Positions 1 through 11,520 of a stretch of 64,000 bases of DNA are shown in pieces. Source of the stretch: Verrucomicrobiota bacterium (GTDB lineage Bacteria > Verrucomicrobiota > Verrucomicrobiia > Palsa-1439); contig PLZV01000022.1 of NCBI GenBank assembly GCA_003152315.1, positions 65,671-129,670 on the forward strand, read 5' to 3'. A program made the translations under genes and the position numbers. Each line of letters begins with the position of its first letter. The stretch's first letter is position 1. Below the pieces are notes generated by a model that did no database searches, had not been told where the DNA came from, and saw only the letters and a program-made list of their open reading frames with translations.

Positions 1-8
1 GGGGCAAG

Positions 9-614
9 GTGCGCTACATCAACACCGATGGGGGCGGCAATGCCATTAGTTTTGTTAGCGCCAATGGCGGCCAGCTTTACGTGGAGAACTCTTACAACGA
101 GGCCAGCAATACCTTCTCGAACAGAATCCTGCGCCTGTCGGGGGGCGGCACTGTTACATTTCTCGGCTCAAAAATGGTTGAGAACATCGGCAGTGCGGAA
201 GATTTTAGCCGTGCGACATCCAGTGGTTTTGCCCTCGCGAGTTTTACGGGACAACTGTCATTCCTCGGCATTCAGGTCATCGATTGGTTCAATATCAGCG
301 GCGCGACGACAGGCTCGATTTGGATTGAGGGGGCCAACACCTTCAGGAATCCAGTGAGCACCTGGCCGATCAACAACTCGACGGGCGATACCCCGGTCCA
401 GACGATGAACTACAACTTCACCGATGCTAGCGGCAGCACGAGAATCCCTGACATCGGCACAGCCTCAGCCGCCTTCACGCGCCAGATGCTTATGCAAGCG
501 CGAGCCGAATACGTGGACCGAACTCCCATGTCTCGGAGGACGAATCAAACGGACGTCTTCTTGGAGCAGGTTTACTTTCAGCTGGGGACTCAAAACCTCG
601 CAGTGTCGCCATGA
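9..614 (+). CDS. C-terminal fragment (5'-truncated by window edge) of a Gly/Ser/Thr/Asn-rich secreted repeat protein (adhesin/autotransporter-like)
   Basis: ORF is open to window start (upstream in-frame codons, no stop); low-complexity G/S/T/N-rich beta-strand-like composition; no catalytic motifs. Confidence 0.35.
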   Translation: MRYINTDGGGNAISFVSANGGQLYVENSYNEASNTFSNRILRLSGGGTVTFLGSKMVENIGSAEDFSRATSSGFALASFTGQLSFLGIQVIDWFNISGATTGSIWIEGANTFRNPVSTWPINNSTGDTPVQTMNYNFTDASGSTRIPDIGTASAAFTRQMLMQARAEYVDRTPMSRRTNQTDVFLEQVYFQLGTQNLAVSP

Positions 615-936
615 TGGGTGTTTCGCTCACCGTAGGCGCAGTGTAGCGTCATATCTCACGCTCTCAACGAGACATCTCGCACGCATGAGCATGAGCGACC
701 GCGAGCTTCCTGCCCAGTGCGGCTCATTTACCGATGCTTTGCACATTCATCGCCCTCGATGGTTGAATTTGCTGCCTGGGAATTGAACGAACTTCGCTTG
801 TGTTGCACGACTGATGGTCGCCACGGCGCTCGAGCGAATGTTTAGCCGTTCCCGCCTCTGGTTGAACCACGAGCGCGGCACAGATGAACTTGTTGATGCT
901 CTAGGCGATGACTAGGTCGCCGCAAGTCCCAGCCGC

Positions 937-2868
937 TCAGAAACCTGACTTTTTCAGTGGCCCCTCAACGTCTGAGAAGAGGTATGTGGAGGTTCCTGGT
1001 TGTGGCAATTCCTCCAGCGAGACGCGGAACTGGCGCACCGTTACATCGTGTTGGTGACACAATTCCTTGAGTTGCTCAAGTTGCTGGGGCGCGAGCTTGG
1101 TGGTGGCAATGATCAATTCTTCAATACCACCGTCACGGAGGACCTCGGGGAGAACCATAAACGACCCAAGAATCGGGTATCCATGCAAAATCTTGCGGTT
1201 CTTTCCGTGATACTCGTCGATGAAACCAACCGGGGCGAGTGAATGATGTTGGTTGGCAAGAAGTTCGCAAATCAACAGGCTGGCGCTGGGACCCGTCCCG
1301 TAAATGAGCACCCGCTTCTTGTGAGCGGGATTGGATTGCGCGTAATAATGGATCAGGCGCGCGGAGAATCGCGAACCCAGCAGGAAAGAACTCACAACGT
1401 AAAAATCAATTACCAGTGTCGTGGCGCCGATGTTTCCCACCTGCATATAGGTCAACACCACAGCCGCTGCGGCACTTCCCAGTACCATCGAGCGGCAGCC
1501 GCGCAGCATTTCTGGAACACCGGCCTGCCGCCAGCGGATACGGTATAAGCCCGTCAGGTGGAAAACGACAATCTTGGTCAGCAGCATCGCCGGCAATGTC
1601 GCAATGAATGTGGCCTTCACCGGGCCGGTGAACACACCGTCGTAGCGCAGCCAGTAGGCGACATAGTAGGCCAGCGACACCATCACGAGATCGATGGGGA
1701 TCTGGAACGACTCATATCCCAGCACCGGGAAACGGGAGAGTGGAACTAGCGAACCGTTGCGGAGGAACTGCAACTCTTCGTAACGCAGTTTGCGGATACC
1801 AATCACGACGGCAATGCCAATTGCGGCAAGAACGACGCCCGTGTCGATGTTGCGATACGACGCAATGACGAGGGCGGACACACTCATCGCCGCACAAATC
1901 GCGTAGAGGAATATGACCGCGTTGCGATGGTAGATTCCCAGGCGCATCAGGCGATGGTGAATGTGATCGCGGTCAGCCTCAAACATCGATTTGCCGCGCA
2001 AAAAAAACACCCGGTAGGTTCCTTGGCCTGTCGTTTCCCAGACGTGCATCGCGCGTAGGAAACGGCGAATCATCGCCAGCAGGGCATCCATGATCGGCAG
2101 GCCAAACGCCATCATCGGGATCAGGATCGACACGGCGACTGTGCTCTTCTGCGAGGTTGTGATGCTCAGGACGGCGAGCGTGAAGCCCAGAAAGAGACTG
2201 CCGGAATCACCAAGGAAAATCGACGCGGGGTGGAAGTTGTAAGGCAAGAACCCAAGGAGGCAGCCCGCCAACGCGGAGCACACGAGCGCCAATTCAACAT
2301 TCTGACCGAGTAGCGCCACGCCCATCAACGTTAACGACGAGATTAAAGCCACGCCATTGGCCAAGCCGTCCAAGCCATCAATGAGGTTGAAGGCGTTCGT
2401 TAGTCCCACGATCCAAAGGAGAGTAACCGGAATGCCCCAGAGACCCAGATGGATGGAAACACCCCACGGTAGATTCAGGCGATCAATGACGTATCCGAAA
2501 TACATCGCGCAGCAGGCGGCGAGTGCCTGGGTCAGGAACTTCACCCGCGCGCCCAGTGGTCGCAGGTCGTCGAACACGCCCAGGCCAACGATAATGCTGG
2601 CGGCTGCGAGATAGCCTCTCCACCAATGTTTCCCGACCGAGACAAACGGATTCGTGACCAGTGCGAAGGGTGAAAACGCGAGGAAAACCATGGATGTGAA
2701 CGCCACAAAGATGGCCACGCCGCCAAGCCGGGGGATGGGACGGTCATGGACCTTCCGTTCATTTGGAATATCCATGGCGTTGACACGGATCGCCAGCCAT
2801 CGCACTAGCGGCGTCAGCGCGAACGAAACAGCGAAACCACCCAAAAACAATAGTAAATACTTGCCCAT
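937..2868 (-). CDS. Polyprenyl-phosphate N-acetylhexosamine-1-phosphate transferase (WecA/MraY GT4 family) fused to a C-terminal Rossmann-like (CoA-binding/CapD-N-like) domain
   Basis: Multi-TM N-terminal ~400 aa with MraY/WecA motifs (NAFNLIDGLDGLA, DxxD, FLGDSGS); C-terminal ~200 aa KRVLIYGTGPSA...GFIDEY resembles N-terminal nucleotide-binding domain of WbpM/PglF/WcaJ-type proteins. Confidence 0.8.
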   Translation of the reverse strand: MGKYLLLFLGGFAVSFALTPLVRWLAIRVNAMDIPNERKVHDRPIPRLGGVAIFVAFTSMVFLAFSPFALVTNPFVSVGKHWWRGYLAAASIIVGLGVFDDLRPLGARVKFLTQALAACCAMYFGYVIDRLNLPWGVSIHLGLWGIPVTLLWIVGLTNAFNLIDGLDGLANGVALISSLTLMGVALLGQNVELALVCSALAGCLLGFLPYNFHPASIFLGDSGSLFLGFTLAVLSITTSQKSTVAVSILIPMMAFGLPIMDALLAMIRRFLRAMHVWETTGQGTYRVFFLRGKSMFEADRDHIHHRLMRLGIYHRNAVIFLYAICAAMSVSALVIASYRNIDTGVVLAAIGIAVVIGIRKLRYEELQFLRNGSLVPLSRFPVLGYESFQIPIDLVMVSLAYYVAYWLRYDGVFTGPVKATFIATLPAMLLTKIVVFHLTGLYRIRWRQAGVPEMLRGCRSMVLGSAAAAVVLTYMQVGNIGATTLVIDFYVVSSFLLGSRFSARLIHYYAQSNPAHKKRVLIYGTGPSASLLICELLANQHHSLAPVGFIDEYHGKNRKILHGYPILGSFMVLPEVLRDGGIEELIIATTKLAPQQLEQLKELCHQHDVTVRQFRVSLEELPQPGTSTYLFSDVEGPLKKSGF

Positions 2869-2978
2869 ACCCCTCTCTATGTCAAACTTGACGACCCCCT
2901 GAGCCTACAATAAACTGGCCTGGAAGGCAATTAATCTTTCACGAAAAATGTGGCGTTTCTCATCGAAAGTAGCATCTG

Positions 2979-4693
<1,715 letters not shown>

Positions 4694-4705
4694 TTAGTTC
4701 CGGAA

Positions 4706-5728
4706 TCAGTGCTGTCCCACATCCACCCTGGCAACCTTGCCGGCCAATTGATCTTCCAGCGTCTTGAGGTCGGCATCAACCATCAACTTCACCAGGTCTT
4801 TGAACCGCGTCTTTGATTCCCACCCCAAAACCCGTTTCGCCTTGGACGCGTCCCCAATCAATAAATCGACTTCCGCCGGGCGGTAGTAGCGCTTATCGAT
4901 TTCGACGTACTTGCCCCAATCCAGCCCCGCGTGCGCGAAGGCTTCTTCGCAGAACTCCTTGACCGAATGAGTCTCGCCCGTGGCGATGACGTAATCATCC
5001 GGCTTGTCCTGCTGCAAAATCAACCACATCGCCTCCACGAACTCCGGAGCGTATCCCCAATCGCGCTTCGCATCCAGATTGCCGAGATAGAGCTTCTCCT
5101 GAAGTCCGAATTTGATGTGCGCGATGGCGCGGGTAATCTTCCGGGTGACGAAAGTTTCGCCGCGCCGCGGCGATTCATGATTGAATAGTATCCCATTGCA
5201 GGCGAACATGTTGTATCCCTCACGGTAATTGACCGTTGCCCAATAGGAGAATACTTTTGCGACGGCGTATGGGCTGCGGGGATGGAAGGGAGTCGTTTCC
5301 CGTTGTGGGATCTCCGCCACTTTACCAAACATCTCGCTCGACGAGGCCTGGTAAAATCGAGGGTTGCTCTCGGTTTCGCGGATCGCCTCAAGGATGCGGA
5401 TGGTTCCAACGCCCGTGATGTCCGCCGTGTATTCGGGAATGTCATAGCTGACACGCACATGACTCTGGGCACCGAGGTGGTAAACCTCATCGAATTTCAA
5501 GTCGTACATCATTTTCACCAGGCTCACCGAATCACTGAGATCACCATAATGCAGGAACAGTTTGACACCCCGCTTATGGCGGTCTTGGTAAAGGTGGTCG
5601 ATGCGACTGCTGTTGATGCTGCTGGCGCGGCGGATGATGCCGTGAACCTCGTAACCCTTTTGCAGAAGCAGCTCGGCCAAATAAGATCCGTCCTGTCCTG
5701 TGATGCCGGTGATAAGTGCTCGTTTCAT
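4706..5728 (-). CDS. gmd: GDP-mannose 4,6-dehydratase
   Basis: [51 protein letters not shown]: canonical Gmd signature throughout. Confidence 0.92.
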   Translation of the reverse strand: MKRALITGITGQDGSYLAELLLQKGYEVHGIIRRASSINSSRIDHLYQDRHKRGVKLFLHYGDLSDSVSLVKMMYDLKFDEVYHLGAQSHVRVSYDIPEYTADITGVGTIRILEAIRETESNPRFYQASSSEMFGKVAEIPQRETTPFHPRSPYAVAKVFSYWATVNYREGYNMFACNGILFNHESPRRGETFVTRKITRAIAHIKFGLQEKLYLGNLDAKRDWGYAPEFVEAMWLILQQDKPDDYVIATGETHSVKEFCEEAFAHAGLDWGKYVEIDKRYYRPAEVDLLIGDASKAKRVLGWESKTRFKDLVKLMVDADLKTLEDQLAGKVARVDVGQH

Positions 5729-5762
5729 GCCGTCCTCTTAGTATGCGATTTTGTCCGCCGCG

Positions 5763-7016
5763 TCACGCCGATTCTCCGGATGTCTGGATCGGTTGCCCAT
5801 CAGCGCGCGCAGCAGCGGACTCGATTGTCTCAAGCATCCGTGGAAGTTGCGCGGCCTTCGAGAAACGGGCGGCTATGGGGCTTTGTTTTGGCCCGGTCGC
5901 GGTTATCTCCACTTCGGCCAGCTCTCGGAGATGTTTCACCAGGATTTCAGTTTGACCATGTGCAACGGTGCGCGCGCGCCCGTCAGCACGAGTCTCTCGG
6001 ACAATGTCCGAGAGGTGACTCTCGAGAGGTCCGATGATGAGATAGGACAATCCGATCGCCAGGATATTGTAAATCTTACAGGGATGGATAATGCCAACGA
6101 AGGGCTCTCCCATCACGACGACATGAAGGTCAGCGCTGGACAAGGAGGCTGCGAGTTGATCCAGAGGCTGGTAGGGGAGGCAAATGATATTGCCCAGGCG
6201 CTTCTCCTGCGCAAACCCGCGCACCTTGTTGAACTCACTGCCACCACCGACGAAGCAAAAGACAATCGCGGGATGTGCGGCGAGTTGCTCGGCTGCCTGG
6301 AGCAGGGTGTTCAGCGGATGACAGGGACTGTGATTGCCCGAGTACATCACGACGAATTTCTTTGACAGCCCGTGGCGGGCGCGGAACGATTGCCGTCCCT
6401 CGGGGTCGTATTGGACAGCATCATCGTGTGACCAGGGAGGTATGACCACCAGCTTTTCCTCCGGGATTCCCTTGTCGAGGATCCGTCGCACCATGAAACG
6501 GTCGAGCGCCACGATCCGTTCTGCATGCCGTAGACTGTAGCGCAGCATCGACCCCAGGATCCGTGCCGCGGCGGACTGCTCGCGCAGCCAACCGGCGGCG
6601 AGCGCTTCATCAGGGTTTAAATCCATCACCCAAAACACGAATCGCCCGCCTTTGAGACGCACGAACAATGCCCCCAGAAGGGAGATCAGCGGCGGGGATG
6701 TCAAGGCCACAACGACGTCAAATTTCGGGAGAATGGCCAGCCGCAAAGTGCAATTGAACAGGAAGCTGGCGAAGCCGAGCGCTCGCCGCAATTTCGTCTT
6801 CTTCCCCAATGCGAGCGAGGGGATACGGATGATCGTGACGCCTCGCCACTCTTCACGCGCTGGAAACCGTATGCTCGGGTCGTCGTAGCCGCGTCGACTG
6901 GCCACAACCGTTACCGAATGCCCGCGTTCCGCCAGTGCCACGGCCAGATCCGTCAAGTGCTGCGCGGTGGAGACGACGTCGGGGTGGAAACACTGGTTTA
7001 ACAGTAATACTCTCAT
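5763..7016 (-). CDS. GT4 glycosyltransferase, WcaI-like (colanic-acid type)
   Basis: N-terminal MRVLLLNQCFHPD.. and C-terminal block LHVVVMGEP...PCKIYNILAIG closely parallels E. coli WcaI (CHLVVQKRG..PSKLTNILAVG); adjacent to gmd/fcl. Confidence 0.8.
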   Translation of the reverse strand: MRVLLLNQCFHPDVVSTAQHLTDLAVALAERGHSVTVVASRRGYDDPSIRFPAREEWRGVTIIRIPSLALGKKTKLRRALGFASFLFNCTLRLAILPKFDVVVALTSPPLISLLGALFVRLKGGRFVFWVMDLNPDEALAAGWLREQSAAARILGSMLRYSLRHAERIVALDRFMVRRILDKGIPEEKLVVIPPWSHDDAVQYDPEGRQSFRARHGLSKKFVVMYSGNHSPCHPLNTLLQAAEQLAAHPAIVFCFVGGGSEFNKVRGFAQEKRLGNIICLPYQPLDQLAASLSSADLHVVVMGEPFVGIIHPCKIYNILAIGLSYLIIGPLESHLSDIVRETRADGRARTVAHGQTEILVKHLRELAEVEITATGPKQSPIAARFSKAAQLPRMLETIESAAARADGQPIQTSGESA

Positions 7017-7043
7017 GCAGTATTCACGGTGCAAATCAGCAAT

Positions 7044-7871
7044 TTACTGGGAGGTGACCTGCGCACGTTCGAGTCCCTTCAGTTTCATGACAATCATTCG
7101 CTCATAAGTGGCCAATAGGCGGCAGTATACGAATCCCGGCCACCCATCCAGGAAACCGAGGCGGAGCACATACATATACAGAAAACGCAGGGTAGGGCGG
7201 CACGGAAGCCGCGTCGAAAGTCTCTTGAGTGCACGTCGCCGTGCGACGGGATCGGTTCCCCACAGGTCGCGCCAAGCAATCTGCCCGTTCTGTCGCTCTC
7301 GCAGGCTCTCCTCAGCTTCCTTGGTCGAGTACCGATCATGCTTCTCCCGCCAATCGTCGAGGCCCTTCGAGAAATTGTAGTGCAGGTACGGTTCGCGCAA
7401 CTTGCCGACCCCGCGTTTGGCCTCCGCCTCCCGTTGGCCGTGGCCAGTCTGGATAAACCGGATTTCCCCGAGCTTCATCAACCGCATCTGATACACGGGA
7501 TACATGGCCGACCAGCGCAGCCATTTGTCCATGAGCATTAGTTTGCTCGGTACGAGAAACCCGCTCTGCCTGTCCGCCGCGATCACGGCCTCGCACTCGC
7601 CCTGCAGCGACTCCGTGAACCGTTCATCTGCGTCGAGATGAAACACCCAGGGATGCTGGAACGGGATCTTGTCGAGCGCGTAATTGCGCTGGGTGGCAAA
7701 ATCGTCGAAGGAGCGCTCCACCACGCGCGCTCCGGCGCTCCTCGCGACTGCGACCGTCCGGTCCGTGCTAAGTGAATCGAGCACGACAATATCGTCGCAC
7801 CACTTTACCGACGCCAGACAGTCGGGAAGGTTTTGCTCTTCGTTCCGTGTGAGGATCAGAACGGAGAACAC
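7044..7871 (-). CDS. GT2 family glycosyltransferase (WaaE/KdtX-like)
   Basis: FSVLILTRNEE..., DDIVVLDSLSTD, DADE DxD motif; GT-A fold. Confidence 0.8.
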   Translation of the reverse strand: MFSVLILTRNEEQNLPDCLASVKWCDDIVVLDSLSTDRTVAVARSAGARVVERSFDDFATQRNYALDKIPFQHPWVFHLDADERFTESLQGECEAVIAADRQSGFLVPSKLMLMDKWLRWSAMYPVYQMRLMKLGEIRFIQTGHGQREAEAKRGVGKLREPYLHYNFSKGLDDWREKHDRYSTKEAEESLRERQNGQIAWRDLWGTDPVARRRALKRLSTRLPCRPTLRFLYMYVLRLGFLDGWPGFVYCRLLATYERMIVMKLKGLERAQVTSQ

Positions 7872-7874
7872 GGA

Positions 7875-9620
7875 TCATCCCTTCGTGATAACGTAGCGAC
7901 CGAGGCACAGGGCGTCCATGTCGGTGCGCTTAAAGCAATCGACCGCCTGCGCGGGCGTGTCAACGATGGGCTCGTTTTCGTTGAAGCTAGTATTCAAGAC
8001 GATCCCGATGCCGGTGCGTTTGCGGAACGCGTCAATCAGGTCGTAATACAGCGGATTATGCGATCGGTCGATGCTCTGTAGGCGGCCCGTGCCATCGACA
8101 TGCGTGATCGCGGGCAGTTTCGGCCGCCACTCGGGCCGAATCTTCACGACGTGCATCATGAAGGGACTGAGGATGTCCTGCTCAAAATAGGTGCTGACGT
8201 ATTCCTTCAGCACGGTGGGTGCGAAGGGACGGAACGATTCGCGCCGCTTGATCTTCGCGTTGATGATCTCCTTCATGTTGGGGATGGCGGGATTGGCCAG
8301 GATTGAACGGTTGCCTAGGGCGCGCGGGCCCCATTCGCTCCGGCCCTGATACCAGCCGAGCACCTTGCCCTGAACGATCAAATCAGCCACGGCCTCGACC
8401 AGTTGCGCGTCGGTCGCATGATGACGCACCGCATAACCGCAGGATTCAGCCGCCTTCTTCAAGTCAGCGTCTGGATAGCCGGGACCCCAATACGCGTGGT
8501 TCATGTAAAAGCGCTTCTTTTGGCCCAGCACCTCGTGCCAGCAATAATACGCCGCGCCCAGGCACGTGCCATCGTCGGAAGCGGCGCTTTGATTGTAGTA
8601 TTTCTTAAAGTTTGTCTCCCGCAGGATGCGGGCGTTGGCGACACCGTTGAGCGCACAGCCGCCGGCCATAGCCAATTGATCGGTTTTCACAAGTTTTTCC
8701 AGCTTGTGCATACAGTGCATCGCCGCTTCCTCGAACCGTACCTGTACGGAACGCGCTATGTCCTTCTCGCGTTGGCTGATTGGTTCGGCGCGTTGGCGTG
8801 GGGGGCCAAGTCGTTTCACGATCTCATCGCTGTAAAGCCGGCCCATGATGAGGTGGTTGCGGTCATCCACCGCGCCGCTCTCGCCACCTTCGTGCATTCC
8901 GAAATAACCCGGCTTCAACCGAAACCAACTCTTGCCGTTCAGCAGCACGAGTTCGCGCATCAGGTCGGCGTACTTGTCTTCGCCGTACGGCGCCAGGCCC
9001 ATCACCTTGTATTCTTCGCCGAATTCGTCAAAACCAATGTACTGGCAAAGTGCCGTGTAGAAGAAACCGAGGCTGTGCGGCAGATGCACACGGTCGAGTA
9101 CTTCGATGCGCGGGCCTTCGCAACGCGCCGCCATGGCGCTCACAAAGTCGCCGGAGGCGTCATACGAGAAACCGGCCGTGAGGCTTTCGAACGGTGAAAG
9201 GTAGTACGAACTTGCAATGTGCGCGAGATGATGTTCCACCCACACGGTCTCAAATTTCATCGGCGCGGCGTCTTCGCCGCAGACCGTGGCGAGCTGCTCC
9301 AGCATGCTTTCCGTGTGCGTGTTGCGGCGGAAATGTTCGACTACCGCGCTGGCGGCCTTTATCGGGTGCTTGGCGACGTAGGCCATCTTCCTGGCGTAGT
9401 TTGCCTTGGGATTCCGCGCAATGGCGACGTGGGTCACGTCCTGCAATCGCACGCCCGAGTCTTGCAGGGCGCGGCGAATGGCGTTTTCGGGGAAGCGCGG
9501 ACAATGTTTCTCGCGTTTTCCCAGCCGCTCTTCGGCTACGGCAAATTTCAGTTCGCCATCGATGACCACGCATGCCGCCGAATCGGCGTGAAAGGCGTTG
9601 ATTCCAAGTATGACCACCAT
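7875..9620 (-). CDS. Carbamoyltransferase, NodU/CmcH family (O-carbamoylation of a sugar)
   Basis: ILGINAFHADSAACVV.DGEL, AEERLGKREKH, HHLAHIASSYY, C-terminal NTSFN; YrdC/Kae1-like carbamoyltransferase architecture. Confidence 0.88.
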   Translation of the reverse strand: MVVILGINAFHADSAACVVIDGELKFAVAEERLGKREKHCPRFPENAIRRALQDSGVRLQDVTHVAIARNPKANYARKMAYVAKHPIKAASAVVEHFRRNTHTESMLEQLATVCGEDAAPMKFETVWVEHHLAHIASSYYLSPFESLTAGFSYDASGDFVSAMAARCEGPRIEVLDRVHLPHSLGFFYTALCQYIGFDEFGEEYKVMGLAPYGEDKYADLMRELVLLNGKSWFRLKPGYFGMHEGGESGAVDDRNHLIMGRLYSDEIVKRLGPPRQRAEPISQREKDIARSVQVRFEEAAMHCMHKLEKLVKTDQLAMAGGCALNGVANARILRETNFKKYYNQSAASDDGTCLGAAYYCWHEVLGQKKRFYMNHAYWGPGYPDADLKKAAESCGYAVRHHATDAQLVEAVADLIVQGKVLGWYQGRSEWGPRALGNRSILANPAIPNMKEIINAKIKRRESFRPFAPTVLKEYVSTYFEQDILSPFMMHVVKIRPEWRPKLPAITHVDGTGRLQSIDRSHNPLYYDLIDAFRKRTGIGIVLNTSFNENEPIVDTPAQAVDCFKRTDMDALCLGRYVITKG

Positions 9621-9629
9621 GTTAATCCA

Positions 9630-11519
9630 TCACTTTGTCGTTGCTAGTTGCTCCCGCGAATTCGGAAGCGGTTGTTGTTTGAAAAAACTGTCTTCCAACC
9701 AATGGCCGAGCACGGCAAATTGCCAGACACGCGACCATTGGAGCCTGCCGTGTTCAAAATCGTCCAAGAGCTGACCTGTCTTGATCTTTGACAATGCCTT
9801 CAAGCCATCGATTACAGCAAGTCCTTCGCCAACGAATCCCTTCAACGGCCCGCGCATCCATTCCGCCATCGGCAGGATGAACCCTTGCTTGGGACGATCC
9901 GCGACCCCGCGGGGAAGCAAATCGCCGGTGGCCTTCAGCAGCCACGCCTTGTTCAACAGCGAACCCTCCGGGTCGGCCAGACCGTACTTGAGGCACGTTT
10001 CCACGAGCACATGGTCGAGGAAAGGAACGCGCAATTCCAGCCCGTGCGCCATGCTCAATACATCGCTATCGCGCAGGAGCACGCTCCGCATGTAGCCGCT
10101 CAGTTCCAGCACGCTCACCCGTGACGCCAGCGGCGCATCACCGTCCACGGCATCACCCCAATCGGGCGCGTCGGCCAGTCCCATCTGCTCCAGATCGTTT
10201 CGTGACCAGAGAGCACGCAGGCTGGCGTAACGCGCTGAGAGAGACGCATTTCGATCCAGAAACTCCGCCGCTCGACGTCCTTTGTTTCCGCCGCCCGCAG
10301 CCAGCGCCCGTAGCGATCGCGGTACGAGCCCCAGGGACGGCGCCCAGCGTTCCGCCCAAGCGGCCCGCTGAAAGCTCGGATAACCGCCGAACAGCTCGTC
10401 GCCACCAAGCCCGGAGAGCACGACCTTGAACCCGTGGTCCGCCACGGCTTTCGAAATGATGTAGGTATTGGCGCCGTCCATCGTGGGCAAGTCCATCGCT
10501 CCAACCGCGATGGGAATCTGGGCGGCCACTTCGTCGTGCGACAGTCGTACCAGATGGTGTGTTGTCCCGCACTTTCGTGCGACCGCGTCGGCATACGCGG
10601 ACTCGTCCGCCCTGGTTTCGTGAAAGCCCAGGGTAAAGGTCTGAAGCCGCCTGCCGAGTTCCTTCGCGGCGATAGCAGTGACGATGGACGAATCGATCCC
10701 ACCGCTCAGGAAACAAGCCACAGGTACATCAGAAAGCAGATGCTCATGCACGGCGCGCTCGAGCTGTGTCCGGATCTCGGACACGATCGATCCGCGCTCC
10801 ACATCAGCCTGCCGCGGCTCGGGATGCCAGTACGGTTCCACTTTCTCAATGCAGCCCGCACGAACGAGCATCCAATGGCCCGCAAGGAGGGACTGGACAC
10901 CCTTGAGCAACGTGTACGGTTCGGGTACCGCACCGAAGCGGACGTAACCGGCCAAGCCGACGTGATCCAGTTCCGACCGCAACCAGCCACTTGCCAGCAG
11001 CGCGCGAACTTCGGACGCAAACAGCAGGGCATTCTTCTGCGCACAATAGTAGAGAGGTTTGATGCCGAGTCGATCGCGGGCGCACCACATCGTGCCGTTT
11101 GTCGCATCCCAAATCGCGAAGGCGAACATACCGCGCAATCGCAGGACGCAATCCCGTCCCCACAGTCGATACGCGTGCAGGATCGTTTCGGTGTCGCTCA
11201 GTGAATGCCATTTACCAGCGCGCTCGCCAATCTCCGCACGGACTTCGAGGTGGTTGTAGATTTCGCCATTGAAGACAATCCAGTTGCCCGTCTCAGGATC
11301 GTGCATCGGTTGATGGCCGGCGGGACTCAAGTCGAGGATCGCCAGCCGGGTGTTGGCCATCGCAGCCAGGCCATCGGCTTCGCGTGACGTGGATACGATC
11401 TGGAAGCCGTCATCATCCGGCCCGCGGTGTTTGATGCCCGCGACCATGCGTCGGATCGCCGACTCTACCTCGGAGAGCGGACGATCAGCGCGACTGCAAA
11501 TTCCAGCGATGCCACACAC
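9630..11519 (-). CDS. Asparagine synthase (glutamine-hydrolysing)-family amidotransferase, EPS/exosortase-system-associated type
   Basis: N-terminal MCGIAGI Cys nucleophile, Ntn glutaminase domain, PP-loop FLSGGIDSS; in polysaccharide loci these amidate uronic acids. Confidence 0.88.
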   Translation of the reverse strand: MCGIAGICSRADRPLSEVESAIRRMVAGIKHRGPDDDGFQIVSTSREADGLAAMANTRLAILDLSPAGHQPMHDPETGNWIVFNGEIYNHLEVRAEIGERAGKWHSLSDTETILHAYRLWGRDCVLRLRGMFAFAIWDATNGTMWCARDRLGIKPLYYCAQKNALLFASEVRALLASGWLRSELDHVGLAGYVRFGAVPEPYTLLKGVQSLLAGHWMLVRAGCIEKVEPYWHPEPRQADVERGSIVSEIRTQLERAVHEHLLSDVPVACFLSGGIDSSIVTAIAAKELGRRLQTFTLGFHETRADESAYADAVARKCGTTHHLVRLSHDEVAAQIPIAVGAMDLPTMDGANTYIISKAVADHGFKVVLSGLGGDELFGGYPSFQRAAWAERWAPSLGLVPRSLRALAAGGGNKGRRAAEFLDRNASLSARYASLRALWSRNDLEQMGLADAPDWGDAVDGDAPLASRVSVLELSGYMRSVLLRDSDVLSMAHGLELRVPFLDHVLVETCLKYGLADPEGSLLNKAWLLKATGDLLPRGVADRPKQGFILPMAEWMRGPLKGFVGEGLAVIDGLKALSKIKTGQLLDDFEHGRLQWSRVWQFAVLGHWLEDSFFKQQPLPNSREQLATTK

Positions 11520-11520
11520 T

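Noticed and set aside
615-936. Looked for a bidirectional intrinsic terminator between the convergent partial plus-strand gene and the WecA-like gene
   Set aside because: Only a weak, imperfect stem near 920-960 with a T5 run; not convincing.
5282-6037. 251-aa plus-strand ORF antisense to gmd/GT4 genes
   Set aside because: Lies entirely opposite well-supported minus-strand genes; Arg/Ala-rich translation typical of antisense frames in high-GC DNA; no motifs.
8403-9197. 264-aa plus-strand ORF antisense to the carbamoyltransferase gene
   Set aside because: Antisense artefact of high-GC coding DNA; no start context or motifs.
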